From NCBI GenBank assembly GCA_044451425.1, contig JBIOKC010000002.1, forward strand, positions 1 through 41,194: a stretch of 41,194 bases of DNA. Direction: 5' to 3'. Below are positions 16,188 through 25,608 of the stretch, piece after piece (the stretch's first letter is position 1; each line of letters starts with the position of its first letter). The notes under the pieces are model-generated. The model worked only from the letters and a program-made list of their open reading frames with translations, was not told the origin of the DNA and made no database searches. A program made the translations under genes and the position numbers. This stretch comes from Thermodesulfobacteriota bacterium. Its GTDB lineage: Bacteria; Desulfobacterota_D; UBA1144; Nemesobacterales; UBA2774.

Positions 16188-18002
16188 ATGGGTAAGATAA
16201 GGGTTCTGTCCGACAATCTTGTCTCCAAGATCGCGGCCGGGGAAATAGTGGAAAGGCCCGCATCCGTAGTAAAAGAGCTTGTAGAAAACTCAATCGACGC
16301 CGGCAGTACGAGAATAGAGATCGAGCTTGAGTCCGGCGGAAAGAGGCTTATACGGGTATCTGACGATGGCGAGGGGATGACGAGGGACGATTCGATCATG
16401 TCGATCGAGCGTCACGCTACGAGCAAGATAAAAGAGATGAGAGACCTCTTTTCCGTAAGCTCGCTCGGGTTTAGAGGAGAGGCTCTTCCGAGCATAGCGA
16501 ACGTCTCCCGCTTCAGAATGACCACAAGGACCACCGATAACGTGATAGGCACTATAATCAGCATGGAAGGCGGGATACTGAGGAGCGTCGAGGAATCCGG
16601 GGCTCCGCAGGGGACGACCGTCGAAGTCAGGAATCTTTTCTTCAATACGCCTCCAAGGCTAAAATTCATGAAAAAGACCGAGACCGAGCTTTCAAATGTT
16701 CTCGACGTGGTCGAGAGGGAGGCTATCTCAAGGCCCGGTATCGGCTTCGAGCTGAGAACGGCCGACAGGGTGCTCATACGTCTCCCTGCGAGAGAGAGTG
16801 GTCCGGACAGGATTAAAGAGATATACCCCGGTATCGAGCTCTATCCGATAGAGGCATCGGGCGCCGGGGTTCGTATATCCGGATTCCTTAGCGGCCCTAT
16901 CGATGCCCGGTCGACCACGCAGAAGCTTTACTCGTATGTGAACGGGAGAGCAGTCCGGGACAGGTTTCTGACCCGGATACTTATAGATTCATACGGCAGG
17001 ATGATCGAGAAGGGGAGATTCCCGCAAGGCGTTCTTTTCGTGGAAATCTCAAACGCTGACCTAGACGTTAACGTCCACCCGACTAAAAACGAAGTGAGGT
17101 TCGGGAACGCGAGAATCGTTGCCGACCTCATAAAGGATTCGGTAACCGGAATGCTTGAGAAGGCGCCCTGGCTCAAGGGCTACAGTCACGCGCCGCGTGA
17201 TACGGCCTACGGTTTCCATAATACCCGGGAGAGCGCAGCTTCATACGGCGGCCGCAGTTTCAATCGGAGTGAGAGTTTCCCGCACGGTAACGGTGCGTCC
17301 CCACTCGACAGGGAATCGAGTACAAGCGTGACGGAAAGCCCGGGCCTCATTCAGGAGCCGCATAGGTACTCGCCGTCACCGGAACCGGTGTCGACGGATC
17401 TCTTCGGCGAGACCGGACGGTATTCGGGTCTCACCGTAATGGGGCAGCTCGGAGATCTTTACATCGTATGCGCCTATTCGGGAGGCATGATACTAATCGA
17501 CCAGCACGCCGCACACGAAAGGATAAACTATGAGAAGCTAAAAGGGGCGTATACGGGCGGCAAGTCCCCCGATACCCAGGAGCTGCTCGTTCCCGAGATT
17601 CTCGATCTCTCGCCGAACGAGTCTGATATTCTTCTGAGGCACGCAAACGATCTCGGGGCCCTGGGGCTGGGCATAGAGGCGTTCGGGAATAATACGTTTA
17701 TAATAAGGAGGGCCCCTGCGCTCCTTAATAATACCGAACTGAAGCGTCTCGTGAGGGACATAGTGTCCGAGATAAAGGAGTTGGGAGCCCAAAAGAGCCT
17801 GTCTGAAAAAATAGACACAGTGATCGCAACGATGGCGTGCCATTCGTCGATCACGGCTAATTACGAACTCAACCGCGAGAAGATGAAGGCGCTCCTAAGC
17901 GAGCTTGACCGTGCCGAGTTTCCCCACTCTTGCCCCCATGGAAGGCCAGTTGCGAGGGAGCTCAACTACGCCGAAATAGAGAGGATGTTCAAGAGGACGT
18001 AA
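16188..18002 (+). CDS. mutL: DNA mismatch repair endonuclease MutL
   Basis: 604 aa. GHKL ATPase N-terminus (IAAGEIVERPASVVKELVENSIDAG). C-terminal endonuclease motifs DQHAAHERINYE, ACHSSITAN and CPHGRP. Confidence 0.96.
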   Translation: MGKIRVLSDNLVSKIAAGEIVERPASVVKELVENSIDAGSTRIEIELESGGKRLIRVSDDGEGMTRDDSIMSIERHATSKIKEMRDLFSVSSLGFRGEALPSIANVSRFRMTTRTTDNVIGTIISMEGGILRSVEESGAPQGTTVEVRNLFFNTPPRLKFMKKTETELSNVLDVVEREAISRPGIGFELRTADRVLIRLPARESGPDRIKEIYPGIELYPIEASGAGVRISGFLSGPIDARSTTQKLYSYVNGRAVRDRFLTRILIDSYGRMIEKGRFPQGVLFVEISNADLDVNVHPTKNEVRFGNARIVADLIKDSVTGMLEKAPWLKGYSHAPRDTAYGFHNTRESAASYGGRSFNRSESFPHGNGASPLDRESSTSVTESPGLIQEPHRYSPSPEPVSTDLFGETGRYSGLTVMGQLGDLYIVCAYSGGMILIDQHAAHERINYEKLKGAYTGGKSPDTQELLVPEILDLSPNESDILLRHANDLGALGLGIEAFGNNTFIIRRAPALLNNTELKRLVRDIVSEIKELGAQKSLSEKIDTVIATMACHSSITANYELNREKMKALLSELDRAEFPHSCPHGRPVARELNYAEIERMFKRT

Positions 18003-18005
18003 CGG

Positions 18006-18617
18006 ATGAAAGAACAGATAATATCGAGACTTCGCGAGAGCGCGGACATCAAGCTCCGCTTCGCCAAGGAATCAGTTGCCGTGGTGGAGGAAGCGGCTTC
18101 GACTATAGTGAAATGTCTTAAATCGGGGGGTAAGCTGCTCATCTTCGGCAACGGCGGGAGCGCAGCCGATTCGCAGCATATAGCGGCTGAATTTGTAAAC
18201 AGGTATTCCAGAGAAAGGAAGGCGCTTTCTGCCCTCGCTCTAACGACCGATTCATCCATTCTCACGTCGATTCCGAATGACGGTTCCTTTGACGACGTCT
18301 TCTCCAGACAGTTAGAGGCGCTCGGGAACAAAGGGGATGTGGCGTGGGGCCTGACGACGAGCGGTAAATCCGAAAACGTATTAAAGGCGTTTAAAATGGC
18401 AAAGTCTCTCGGATTGAAGTCGATAGCCTTCACGGGGCAGGACAAAAGCAAAGTAGAGAAGGCGGTAGATTGCTGTGTAAGCGTTCCTTCGAAATCCACT
18501 CCCCGGATACAGGAGCTCCATATTACGCTCGCTCATATCGTATGCGAGCTCGTGGAGGAGTCGCTATGCCCGAAAAAGGAGGCGGTGAAGAGGGAAACAG
18601 GTAAGGGCGAATCCTGA
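18006..18617 (+). CDS. gmhA: D-sedoheptulose 7-phosphate isomerase (SIS domain)
   Basis: 203 aa. FGNGGSAADSQHIAAEFVNRY, TTDSSILTSIPND and TTSGKSENV motifs. It starts 3 nt after the mutL stop. Confidence 0.9.
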   Translation: MKEQIISRLRESADIKLRFAKESVAVVEEAASTIVKCLKSGGKLLIFGNGGSAADSQHIAAEFVNRYSRERKALSALALTTDSSILTSIPNDGSFDDVFSRQLEALGNKGDVAWGLTTSGKSENVLKAFKMAKSLGLKSIAFTGQDKSKVEKAVDCCVSVPSKSTPRIQELHITLAHIVCELVEESLCPKKEAVKRETGKGES

Positions 18618-18687
18618 CACCCGTTTTATCAAGTATTGTTATCTCATCCTTGAATTGGAAAATTCATAGGAAGTAATTTCATAGCCG

Positions 18688-18876
18688 ATGAAAATTAAAT
18701 GCCCTGAGTGTGGGGGGTACGCCGAATGGGAGGGAAACGAGTGGCGGCCATTCTGCTCCGAAAGGTGTAAGATGTTGGACTTGGGCGCCTGGGTCACGGA
18801 AAGTTACAAAATACCCGGGGAACCCGATGACGAGTCCCGTCATGGTGAGGTCGGGAATGACGAAGAAAGTCAGTGA
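18688..18876 (+). CDS. yacG: DNA gyrase inhibitor YacG (zinc finger)
   Basis: 62 aa. KCPECGG...[25 protein letters not shown]. Confidence 0.88.
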   Translation: MKIKCPECGGYAEWEGNEWRPFCSERCKMLDLGAWVTESYKIPGEPDDESRHGEVGNDEESQ

Positions 18877-18936
18877 AAATCGGATCCGCTGTATTAGCGG
18901 TATTGATTGTTAAATATATCAGGAGGTATGAATTAA

Positions 18937-19509
18937 ATGGGTGTAGTCGAGACCAACCAGTTTCATAAAGGACTTAAGATTGAGTACGAGGGGGAGATTT
19001 GGGAAATCATCGAGTATAGACACTCCAAGATGGCTCAGCGGAGCGCGGTTATGAAGACCAAAATAAGAAACGTCGTGACGGGCGCCGTGCAGGAGAAAAA
19101 CTTCAGATCAGGTGATACTTTCAGAGTTCCTGACACGGAGAGAAAAGCCATGCAGTTCTTCTACAAAGACAGTATAGGGTATCATTTCATGGACTCAGAG
19201 ACCTACGAAGAGCACACCCTTACGGGAGACCAGGTGGGCAGTGTATCCGACTTTATTAAAGATCAGCAGGAAGTAAATGTCCTTTACTTCAATGGCGAGC
19301 CAATGGGCGTCGAGCTGCCTACGGCCGTCGAGCTTGAGATAAAGGACACTGAGCCCGGCATGAGGGGTGACACGGTTACCGGAGCAACAAAGCCCGCCAT
19401 ACTGGAGACGGGAGCGACCATACAGGTCCCGTTATTCATAGACGTAGGCGATATGATTAAGGTCGATACGAGGACAGGCGAATATCTTGAGAGAATGAAG
19501 AAGAAATAA
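18937..19509 (+). CDS. efp: Elongation factor P with a non-canonical modification loop
   Basis: 190 aa with an AGGAGG RBS. Three-domain EF-P pattern including GDTVTGATKPAILETGATIQVPLFIDVGDMIKVDTRTGEYLER. The loop reads HSKMAQRSAV where canonical EF-Ps have V-KPGKG-xA. Confidence 0.93.
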   Translation: MGVVETNQFHKGLKIEYEGEIWEIIEYRHSKMAQRSAVMKTKIRNVVTGAVQEKNFRSGDTFRVPDTERKAMQFFYKDSIGYHFMDSETYEEHTLTGDQVGSVSDFIKDQQEVNVLYFNGEPMGVELPTAVELEIKDTEPGMRGDTVTGATKPAILETGATIQVPLFIDVGDMIKVDTRTGEYLERMKKK

Positions 19510-19732
19510 AGCGCCTTAAGTTCGCTCATACGGCAGGAGGTTGCGGATTTCATATAATTTATTTATTAATTATAATGTTGTATGCGTGCCTTAAGTAAGA
19601 TAATCTTCGCTTATCTCGTAGTGAAAACCAATCACACATCACCGGGAGACGGCTTTTTGGCGAAAACGGAGATTTTACGCAACCTTTTCCGTTAGTTAAA
19701 GTTAATAAATATAAGACTACTATGGCATCCAT

Positions 19733-20302
19733 ATGGACAGTGACATAGAGCTCATGTTGAGAGCAAAGTCTGGGGACGACGGTGCATTCAGTGAGCTTAT
19801 GAGGAGGCATTATAAGGGGGTAGTGAATTATATATATAGATACACGAATCTGAAGGAGAATTCTGAGGATCTCGCACAGGAGGTATTTTTAAGGATATAC
19901 AGGGTTCGTAAGCAATACAGGCCGGAAGCTAAATTTTCCACATGGTTATACAAGATTGCGACCAACGTAAGCCTGACGCATGTAAAGAAAGAGAACAACG
20001 ATTTGAGCCTCGATGAGTTAAGCGACAACACGGGAGAGATAGGGGACGAGGCACTCGAGATTGCAGACGATCTGATTTATAGAAAAGAGATTAAGGACGT
20101 GATATTCGAGGCGATGGAGTCTTTGCCTGAGAGGGAGAAAGTTGCTATTATGCTTTGTAAATACGAGGGGTTATCTTATGAAGAGACGGCGGAGGTTCTT
20201 GTATGTACCGTAGGCGCGGTAAAGGCTTACGTTCATAGAGGAAGGATGAAATTAATCGACAGATTAAAGCCGTATTTGTCTGGAGGAGAACATGGAGTGT
20301 AG
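19733..20302 (+). CDS. ECF (sigma-24 type) RNA polymerase sigma factor
   Basis: 189 aa. Region 2 (AQEVFLRIY...FSTWLYKIATN) and region 4 (LPEREKVAIMLCKYEGLSYEETAEVLVCTVGAVKAYVHRGRMKL). Confidence 0.92.
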   Translation: MDSDIELMLRAKSGDDGAFSELMRRHYKGVVNYIYRYTNLKENSEDLAQEVFLRIYRVRKQYRPEAKFSTWLYKIATNVSLTHVKKENNDLSLDELSDNTGEIGDEALEIADDLIYRKEIKDVIFEAMESLPEREKVAIMLCKYEGLSYEETAEVLVCTVGAVKAYVHRGRMKLIDRLKPYLSGGEHGV

Positions 20303-20804
20303 AGACTGTAAAGAGATCGTAGTCCGTTTTTCCTCGGGTCAGGTATCGAATGCGGAAAGGGGCATGATTGAAGCTCATCTGGAGGGGTGTGAAGACTGCA
20401 ATCAATTTCTCGCGCATTCCGAAAGGCTCTGGACTTTTCTCGACGAGTGGCGGGAGATCGAGCCGAGAAACGATTTCGTATCCAGTTTCTGGGAGCGGGT
20501 TTCCGAAGAAGAGCGTGCGGGAGATCGGGTTTTCATCAGACGCTTTAAGAATCTAATGCCGAATCTGAGGCTCGCCGGTGTGCTGGCATCGATATTGATA
20601 GTCGGTATTTTTATATTCGTCCTGATCGGACTTGATTCGGGATACCGGCAGTATTCGCAAAACCAAAACAACGATGAGCAGGACGAGCGTATACTCAACG
20701 ATCTCGACAATGCTACATCCAGGGATACAGCCGCGGAGCTTGCGATCTACGGCCCGTGGGATAGCGGTGTCCATATAATGAAAATAAACGGAGAGTTGAA
20801 TTGA
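20292..20804 (+). CDS. Anti-sigma factor (zf-HC2, single-pass membrane protein)
   Basis: 170 aa. It overlaps the sigma gene by 11 nt. HLEGCEDC motif and a central TM segment (LAGVLASILIVGIFIFVLIGL). Confidence 0.85.
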   Translation: MECRDCKEIVVRFSSGQVSNAERGMIEAHLEGCEDCNQFLAHSERLWTFLDEWREIEPRNDFVSSFWERVSEEERAGDRVFIRRFKNLMPNLRLAGVLASILIVGIFIFVLIGLDSGYRQYSQNQNNDEQDERILNDLDNATSRDTAAELAIYGPWDSGVHIMKINGELN

Positions 20805-21226
20805 GGGCATCGCTCGGCTTAATCGTTTTTGCCGTTTTCCTGGCTGTCAATGCATTCGGATTTTTAAACAGTGAGATACACTACAAGTGGTGGAAAAATC
20901 CGCGGATAGTTCAGGAAATGGATCTTACCCAGGAGCAGTCCGACAGCATAGAAAAGATCTTCGATTCATACAGGGATCAGATTATGGAGTCTCAAAAGCA
21001 GCTGGCCGGCAAGGAAGACGATCTGCTCGGTACACTCAGAAAACCTGAATGCTCGGCTGATGAAGTAATGAGAATAACAGACGATATAGAGAATATAAAA
21101 GCGAACCTAACCCGTATCCGGATAGAAATGTATCTCAAAATTAAAAACGTACTTACTCAGGACCAGATAGCCAAGCTCTACCAGATAAAATCAAGGTACA
21201 GGAGTAGATTGAAGCTAAGCCCTTGA
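20801..21226 (+). CDS. Periplasmic Spy/CpxP-like LTXXQ protein (periplasmic heavy-metal-sensor family)
   Basis: 141 aa. TTG start in a TTGA overlap with the anti-sigma stop. Signal peptide present. Two LTxxQ motifs (DLTQEQSDSI, LTQDQIAKL). Confidence 0.8.
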   Translation: MRASLGLIVFAVFLAVNAFGFLNSEIHYKWWKNPRIVQEMDLTQEQSDSIEKIFDSYRDQIMESQKQLAGKEDDLLGTLRKPECSADEVMRITDDIENIKANLTRIRIEMYLKIKNVLTQDQIAKLYQIKSRYRSRLKLSP

Positions 21227-21370
21227 TAAAGTATACGCCCGGGCGAGTTGTCTCTTTGAGCAGTCCCGCGGCATTTCCCGTCATAGCTCCATGCGCAAAT
21301 AAGAGTATTTACACCCGCTTCGATAGGTATAAAATTTATTCCGTGAGTACTTCAAGTTGTAAATTCTGAA

Positions 21371-23440
21371 TTGTCACGATCCGGATATATGAGAGTCTCC
21401 CGCGCCCTCGTCATATTTACGCATTTCATTGCACTCGCCGGATTTCTCGCCATATACCTGACGGGCGCGGTCGGCATACCGGAAGCCTCGATATTTTCAT
21501 TATCTTTAGTGCTGAGCTTCGTTAACGATAGATACGGAAAGGGATACTATCTCGGTCACGGTGTATCGACGCTTCTCGCTTTATCGCTTATTCTCTACAT
21601 AGCGCTCGGGATTTTTATCCTCGGGGTCGAACCCTTAAAAGGCATCATCGATTTTCTGATATTCACACAGGCGTTAAAGCTACTTACGAGGAAGCGGATG
21701 CGGGACATTGTTCAGTTATACGTCCTTAGCTTCTTTCAGTTCCTGGCGGGTACCATAATCACTGTCAGCTTTGCCTACGCTGCCGCCTTTATCGTCTATA
21801 TCGCAGTCGCGATATGGGCGATGATCGTTCTTGAAATGAGGAAGGGCTCGCTCGAGGCTGGGGATCCGCCTGGAGCTGACCCCGAGCTGGTTACCCCTCT
21901 TTTTCTGAGCTCTACTTTCGTCGTAGGTTTCTGTATCTTCCTTACTGCGGCACTTATCTTCATATCGATGCCGAGGCTCAAAGGCAGCTACTTCAGTTCG
22001 GGCTTTCTCAGGATCGAGGAATTACGGAGCGGCTTTTCGGACAAGGTTGAGCTCGGCCGGGTCGGCGAAATTAAGCTCGACTCCTCGCCTGTGATGATGG
22101 TGAGGGTGCTCAACCGCCGGATAGACGAAGTACCGTACCCTCTTTACTGGCGCGGGGTGGCATTAAATGAGTTCGACGGCATGGGCTGGAGGACCGCGTC
22201 GGTCGGTTACAGTGTGTACAAACCCGACGCAAAAGGAGTTGTTGTCGTGAAGGAAAAAGGGAGCGGTAGAGACTACCTGGAGCAGGAAATCATAACGGAG
22301 CCTCTCGATACGGATGTCCTTTTTTCGGCGAATGCCCCGATAGCGTTCGGCTCCGTCCCCGGCGGAAGGGTAGCGGGCATCAACGACTCATACATCCTAC
22401 CTGACAGGACTTCATACAGAATTAAATACTATGCGGTTTCAGACTTTCACGAGCCCGGGCCCCGGGAGTTCCGTAGGGATAACGCCCCTTCTGCGAAAGG
22501 CATGGAGGCTTATTTGCAGCTTCCTCCGGACGGAGGACAGCTAAAAGACCTCGCGTCCCGGATAACTTCTACTGACGGTAATAACTACGACAAGGCTGTC
22601 TCTATAAAGCGGTTCCTCCTCATGAACTACAAATATACGAGGACTCTCGCTGGGAACTCCTCTAGGGAATATCCGCTGGAGGAGTTCCTGTTCAATAAAA
22701 AAGAAGGGCACTGCGAGTATTTTGCGACGGCCATGGCGGTTCTTTTAAGAGAGGTCGGGATACCTTCAAGGATAATTAATGGGTTTATAGGAGGTGAAAT
22801 TAACGAACAGGGAAATTTCTACCTTATCCGGGAAAGCGATGCCCATTCCTGGGTAGAGGCATATTTCCCGGAGCACGGATGGGTCTCTTTCGATCCCACG
22901 CCTGAGAGCGGGGACAGGAGGGGAGGAGGGGTTATTTCGGTCATTGGGTCCTATGTCGATTATCTGAGGTTCAGATGGAGCAGTTACGTAATAGATTTCA
23001 GCGATAAAGACCAGGTGAAGATCCTCGACATTGTCCGCGATAAGTGGAACTGGGATAATAGAACGCTTTCGGGCGTCCCGAGTATCAAGTCCCTATTCGA
23101 TAATAGAGCGGCCGTTATAGCGGTAATTGTTTTCTTCGCCTGGGTTTTTGCGACGAGACCGGGCATCGGATCTATTCTCGGTAAAAGAGCTTCTATGAAC
23201 GAGAGGGCGTCGAAATTGTATCAAGATGCGCTCCTTCACATTTCGAGAAAAGGGTACAGGAAACCCGATTCCATGACGTCGAGGGAGTTCACAGGCGTCC
23301 TTTCGGAGAGTTCGTATCCGGGTTCTCAAGTTATGGAGCTTCTCACCGAGAAATACCTCCTCATCAGGTTCGGCGACACTGAGAATCAGGAGGGGCTCAA
23401 AACCCTTTCCGAGCTGCTTAAGAAACTCAAGAAAATATAA
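21371..23440 (+). CDS. Transglutaminase-like (TgpA-type) membrane protein. The start is uncertain: TTG 21371 or ATG 21389.
   Basis: 689 aa. Multi-TM N-terminus, then a transglutaminase core Cys-His-Asp (EGHCEYFATAMAVLLR, DAHSWVEAYF, VSFDPTP), then a C-terminal TM and DUF4129-like tail. Confidence 0.88.
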   Translation: MSRSGYMRVSRALVIFTHFIALAGFLAIYLTGAVGIPEASIFSLSLVLSFVNDRYGKGYYLGHGVSTLLALSLILYIALGIFILGVEPLKGIIDFLIFTQALKLLTRKRMRDIVQLYVLSFFQFLAGTIITVSFAYAAAFIVYIAVAIWAMIVLEMRKGSLEAGDPPGADPELVTPLFLSSTFVVGFCIFLTAALIFISMPRLKGSYFSSGFLRIEELRSGFSDKVELGRVGEIKLDSSPVMMVRVLNRRIDEVPYPLYWRGVALNEFDGMGWRTASVGYSVYKPDAKGVVVVKEKGSGRDYLEQEIITEPLDTDVLFSANAPIAFGSVPGGRVAGINDSYILPDRTSYRIKYYAVSDFHEPGPREFRRDNAPSAKGMEAYLQLPPDGGQLKDLASRITSTDGNNYDKAVSIKRFLLMNYKYTRTLAGNSSREYPLEEFLFNKKEGHCEYFATAMAVLLREVGIPSRIINGFIGGEINEQGNFYLIRESDAHSWVEAYFPEHGWVSFDPTPESGDRRGGGVISVIGSYVDYLRFRWSSYVIDFSDKDQVKILDIVRDKWNWDNRTLSGVPSIKSLFDNRAAVIAVIVFFAWVFATRPGIGSILGKRASMNERASKLYQDALLHISRKGYRKPDSMTSREFTGVLSESSYPGSQVMELLTEKYLLIRFGDTENQEGLKTLSELLKKLKKI

Positions 23441-23534
23441 GCCCGATAGTCGGCCCCAGGGGAACTCCCGATCCCCCTCCGCAGCTCCTCGGAATCCTTG
23501 CTCTATCATGCCTATTAGGGTAGAATCTAAAGTC

Positions 23535-23558
23535 AAAGCGGGTACGTCCCGCTTTTTT
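23535..23558 (+). terminator. Rho-independent terminator downstream of the transglutaminase gene, just upstream of rimP
   Basis: AAAGCGGG-tacgt-CCCGCTTT stem-loop followed by a T-run (aaagcgggtacgtcccgctttttt). Confidence 0.75.
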
Positions 23559-23577
23559 AATTGAGAGAGCAAGGCAA

Positions 23578-24045
23578 ATGGATTCCCTCGGAAAGGATAT
23601 TTTATTTAATGTCAGGGAGTTACTTGAGCCACTCCTTGCGAGTAAAAACCTTGAGCTCTTCGATATCGAGTTCAAGGGACAGGGAAAAAATGGCGTGTTA
23701 AGGGTCTACATAGACAAAGTGGATGGAGTGACAATAGGTGACTGCGCTCTTGTGAGCAGGGAGCTCGGCACACTGCTCGACATACACGACATGATACCTG
23801 ATTCCTATACGCTTGAGGTCTCATCTCCGGGGCTTACCAGGGCGCTCAGAAAGCCCGAGGATTTTTTAAGATTTAAGGGTAGAAAAGTGAAAATTAAGAC
23901 AACTAAAGATTTCGAAAAGAGGAAATTGTTTATAGGCGAACTCCTCGAATTCAAGGATGGCCTAGTAACTGTCGAGACAGAAGGGCGCAGTTTCTCCTTA
24001 CCGTACGCGGATATAGAAAAGGCTAATTTGGAGCTTGATTTCTAA
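23578..24045 (+). CDS. rimP: Ribosome maturation factor RimP
   Basis: 155 aa. LRVYIDK..GVTIGDCALVSRELGTLLD and YTLEVSSPGLTRAL motifs. Immediately upstream of nusA. Confidence 0.93.
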   Translation: MDSLGKDILFNVRELLEPLLASKNLELFDIEFKGQGKNGVLRVYIDKVDGVTIGDCALVSRELGTLLDIHDMIPDSYTLEVSSPGLTRALRKPEDFLRFKGRKVKIKTTKDFEKRKLFIGELLEFKDGLVTVETEGRSFSLPYADIEKANLELDF

Positions 24046-24062
24046 GAGGGGGCATATAATAG

Positions 24063-25388
24063 ATGGCAACAATGACGGAACTGACCCGTGTAATGGATTC
24101 GGTTTGTAAGGACAAGGGCATAGACAGGGGAGAGATTGTGAGCGCAGTCGAGGAAGCCGTCCTTTCCGCCGCCCAGAAGCTTTTCCGCATGCAGGATAAG
24201 GAAAAGGAGCTAGAAGTCCATTTTAATGAGAACGACGGTGATGTAGAGCTGTTTGAGTTCAAGACGGTTGTTGAAGATATTTCGGATCCCGACATGGAAA
24301 TCAGCTTCGAAGAAGCCGTGAAGCTCGACCCCGAGGCCGAGCTCGGCGACGAGATCGGAGTTAAGATAAATCCCGATTTCACAAGGATAGCGATTCAGAA
24401 CGCGAAACAGAAGATTCTACAGAGCATTAAAGAGGCCGAAGGAAAGGTAATTTATGAGGAGTTCAAGAGCCGTAAAGGGGAGCTCATAAGCGGCATTGTC
24501 AGACGTTTGGAGAGAAAGAATATAATCGTCGACTTGGGGAGGACTGAAGCCACTCTCCCGCCTGAGCAGCAAGTACCGAGGGAGTACTATAAGCCCAAAG
24601 AGAGACTCCGTGCGATACTCTATGAAATCAAGGAAACCAAGCGCGGGCCGCAGCTGATTCTCTCTCGCTCTCATCGCGATTTCGTAAAGAAGCTCTTTGA
24701 GTCGGAAGTCCCCGAGATAGGCGATCAGATAGTAACCATAAAAGCAATAGCCAGGGATCCGGGCGGCCGTACGAAAATAGCAGTCACCTCCAACGATCTG
24801 GACGTAGACCCCGTAGGCGCCTGCGTCGGTATGCGGGGGGCCAGGGTTCAGAACGTCATACAGGAGCTTAAGGGAGAGAAAATAGACATAGTGCCCTGGT
24901 CTTCTGACCCTGCGAAGTTCGCATGCAACGCACTCTCCCCGGCCAGGGTCAGCAAAGTAATCATAGACGACGACAATAAATCCATGGAGATAATCGTCGA
25001 TGACGACCAGCTATCTCTCGCCATCGGACGGCGCGGTCAGAACGTGAGACTCGCTTCCCAGCTCGCCGAATGGAAAATCGATATCAAAACGGAGTCACAG
25101 GTCAAGCGCGAGCAGCAGGATGTCGTTAGTTTGCTCATGACGCTGCCTAATGTGAAGGAAGTGACGGCGAATCTCCTGTACGGCGAAGGTTTCCACAAGT
25201 TGGAGGACATAGCATTCTCCGATCCCGAAACCCTCGTAAAGTCGGCGGGTCTCAAAAACGAGGAGGAAGCGCTCAAACTGCAGAATGCCGCAAGGCTAGC
25301 TTTAAAAGGTAAATTGGAACAGATGTCGTTCGCTGAGGAAGCCGTCCCTCAACCGGAAAACAAGACTGTGACGGAACGGGAAAAATAA
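24063..25388 (+). CDS. nusA: Transcription termination/antitermination factor NusA
   Basis: 441 aa with NTD, S1 and two KH domains (PVGACVGMRGARVQNVIQEL, LAIGRRGQNVRLASQLAEWKIDI) and a C-terminal HhH-like tail. Confidence 0.97.
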   Translation: MATMTELTRVMDSVCKDKGIDRGEIVSAVEEAVLSAAQKLFRMQDKEKELEVHFNENDGDVELFEFKTVVEDISDPDMEISFEEAVKLDPEAELGDEIGVKINPDFTRIAIQNAKQKILQSIKEAEGKVIYEEFKSRKGELISGIVRRLERKNIIVDLGRTEATLPPEQQVPREYYKPKERLRAILYEIKETKRGPQLILSRSHRDFVKKLFESEVPEIGDQIVTIKAIARDPGGRTKIAVTSNDLDVDPVGACVGMRGARVQNVIQELKGEKIDIVPWSSDPAKFACNALSPARVSKVIIDDDNKSMEIIVDDDQLSLAIGRRGQNVRLASQLAEWKIDIKTESQVKREQQDVVSLLMTLPNVKEVTANLLYGEGFHKLEDIAFSDPETLVKSAGLKNEEEALKLQNAARLALKGKLEQMSFAEEAVPQPENKTVTEREK

Positions 25389-25608
25389 GCGCATATTTTC
25401 AAGAATTCGGACGATATTATTTAACGAAGTGCTAAGGGAACATTCCCATCTTCTGGCTGCCATCATCTTTGGTCTTACTTTTGCGAGAGTCGGCTTTTGC
25501 ATTAGTAAGTAAACTTTGGTACTCTAACTTTGATAATTGAAGGATTCTATTTTACTAAAGATTTCTAAGTTGTTGTAAATAAGTTGTTTTGTAGCGGGTG
25601 CATCAAAT

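Noticed and set aside
25389-25608. A degenerate ylxR (DUF448) remnant between nusA and infB.
   Set aside because: All three forward frames carry frequent stops. No RxC...GRG-like motif can be read.
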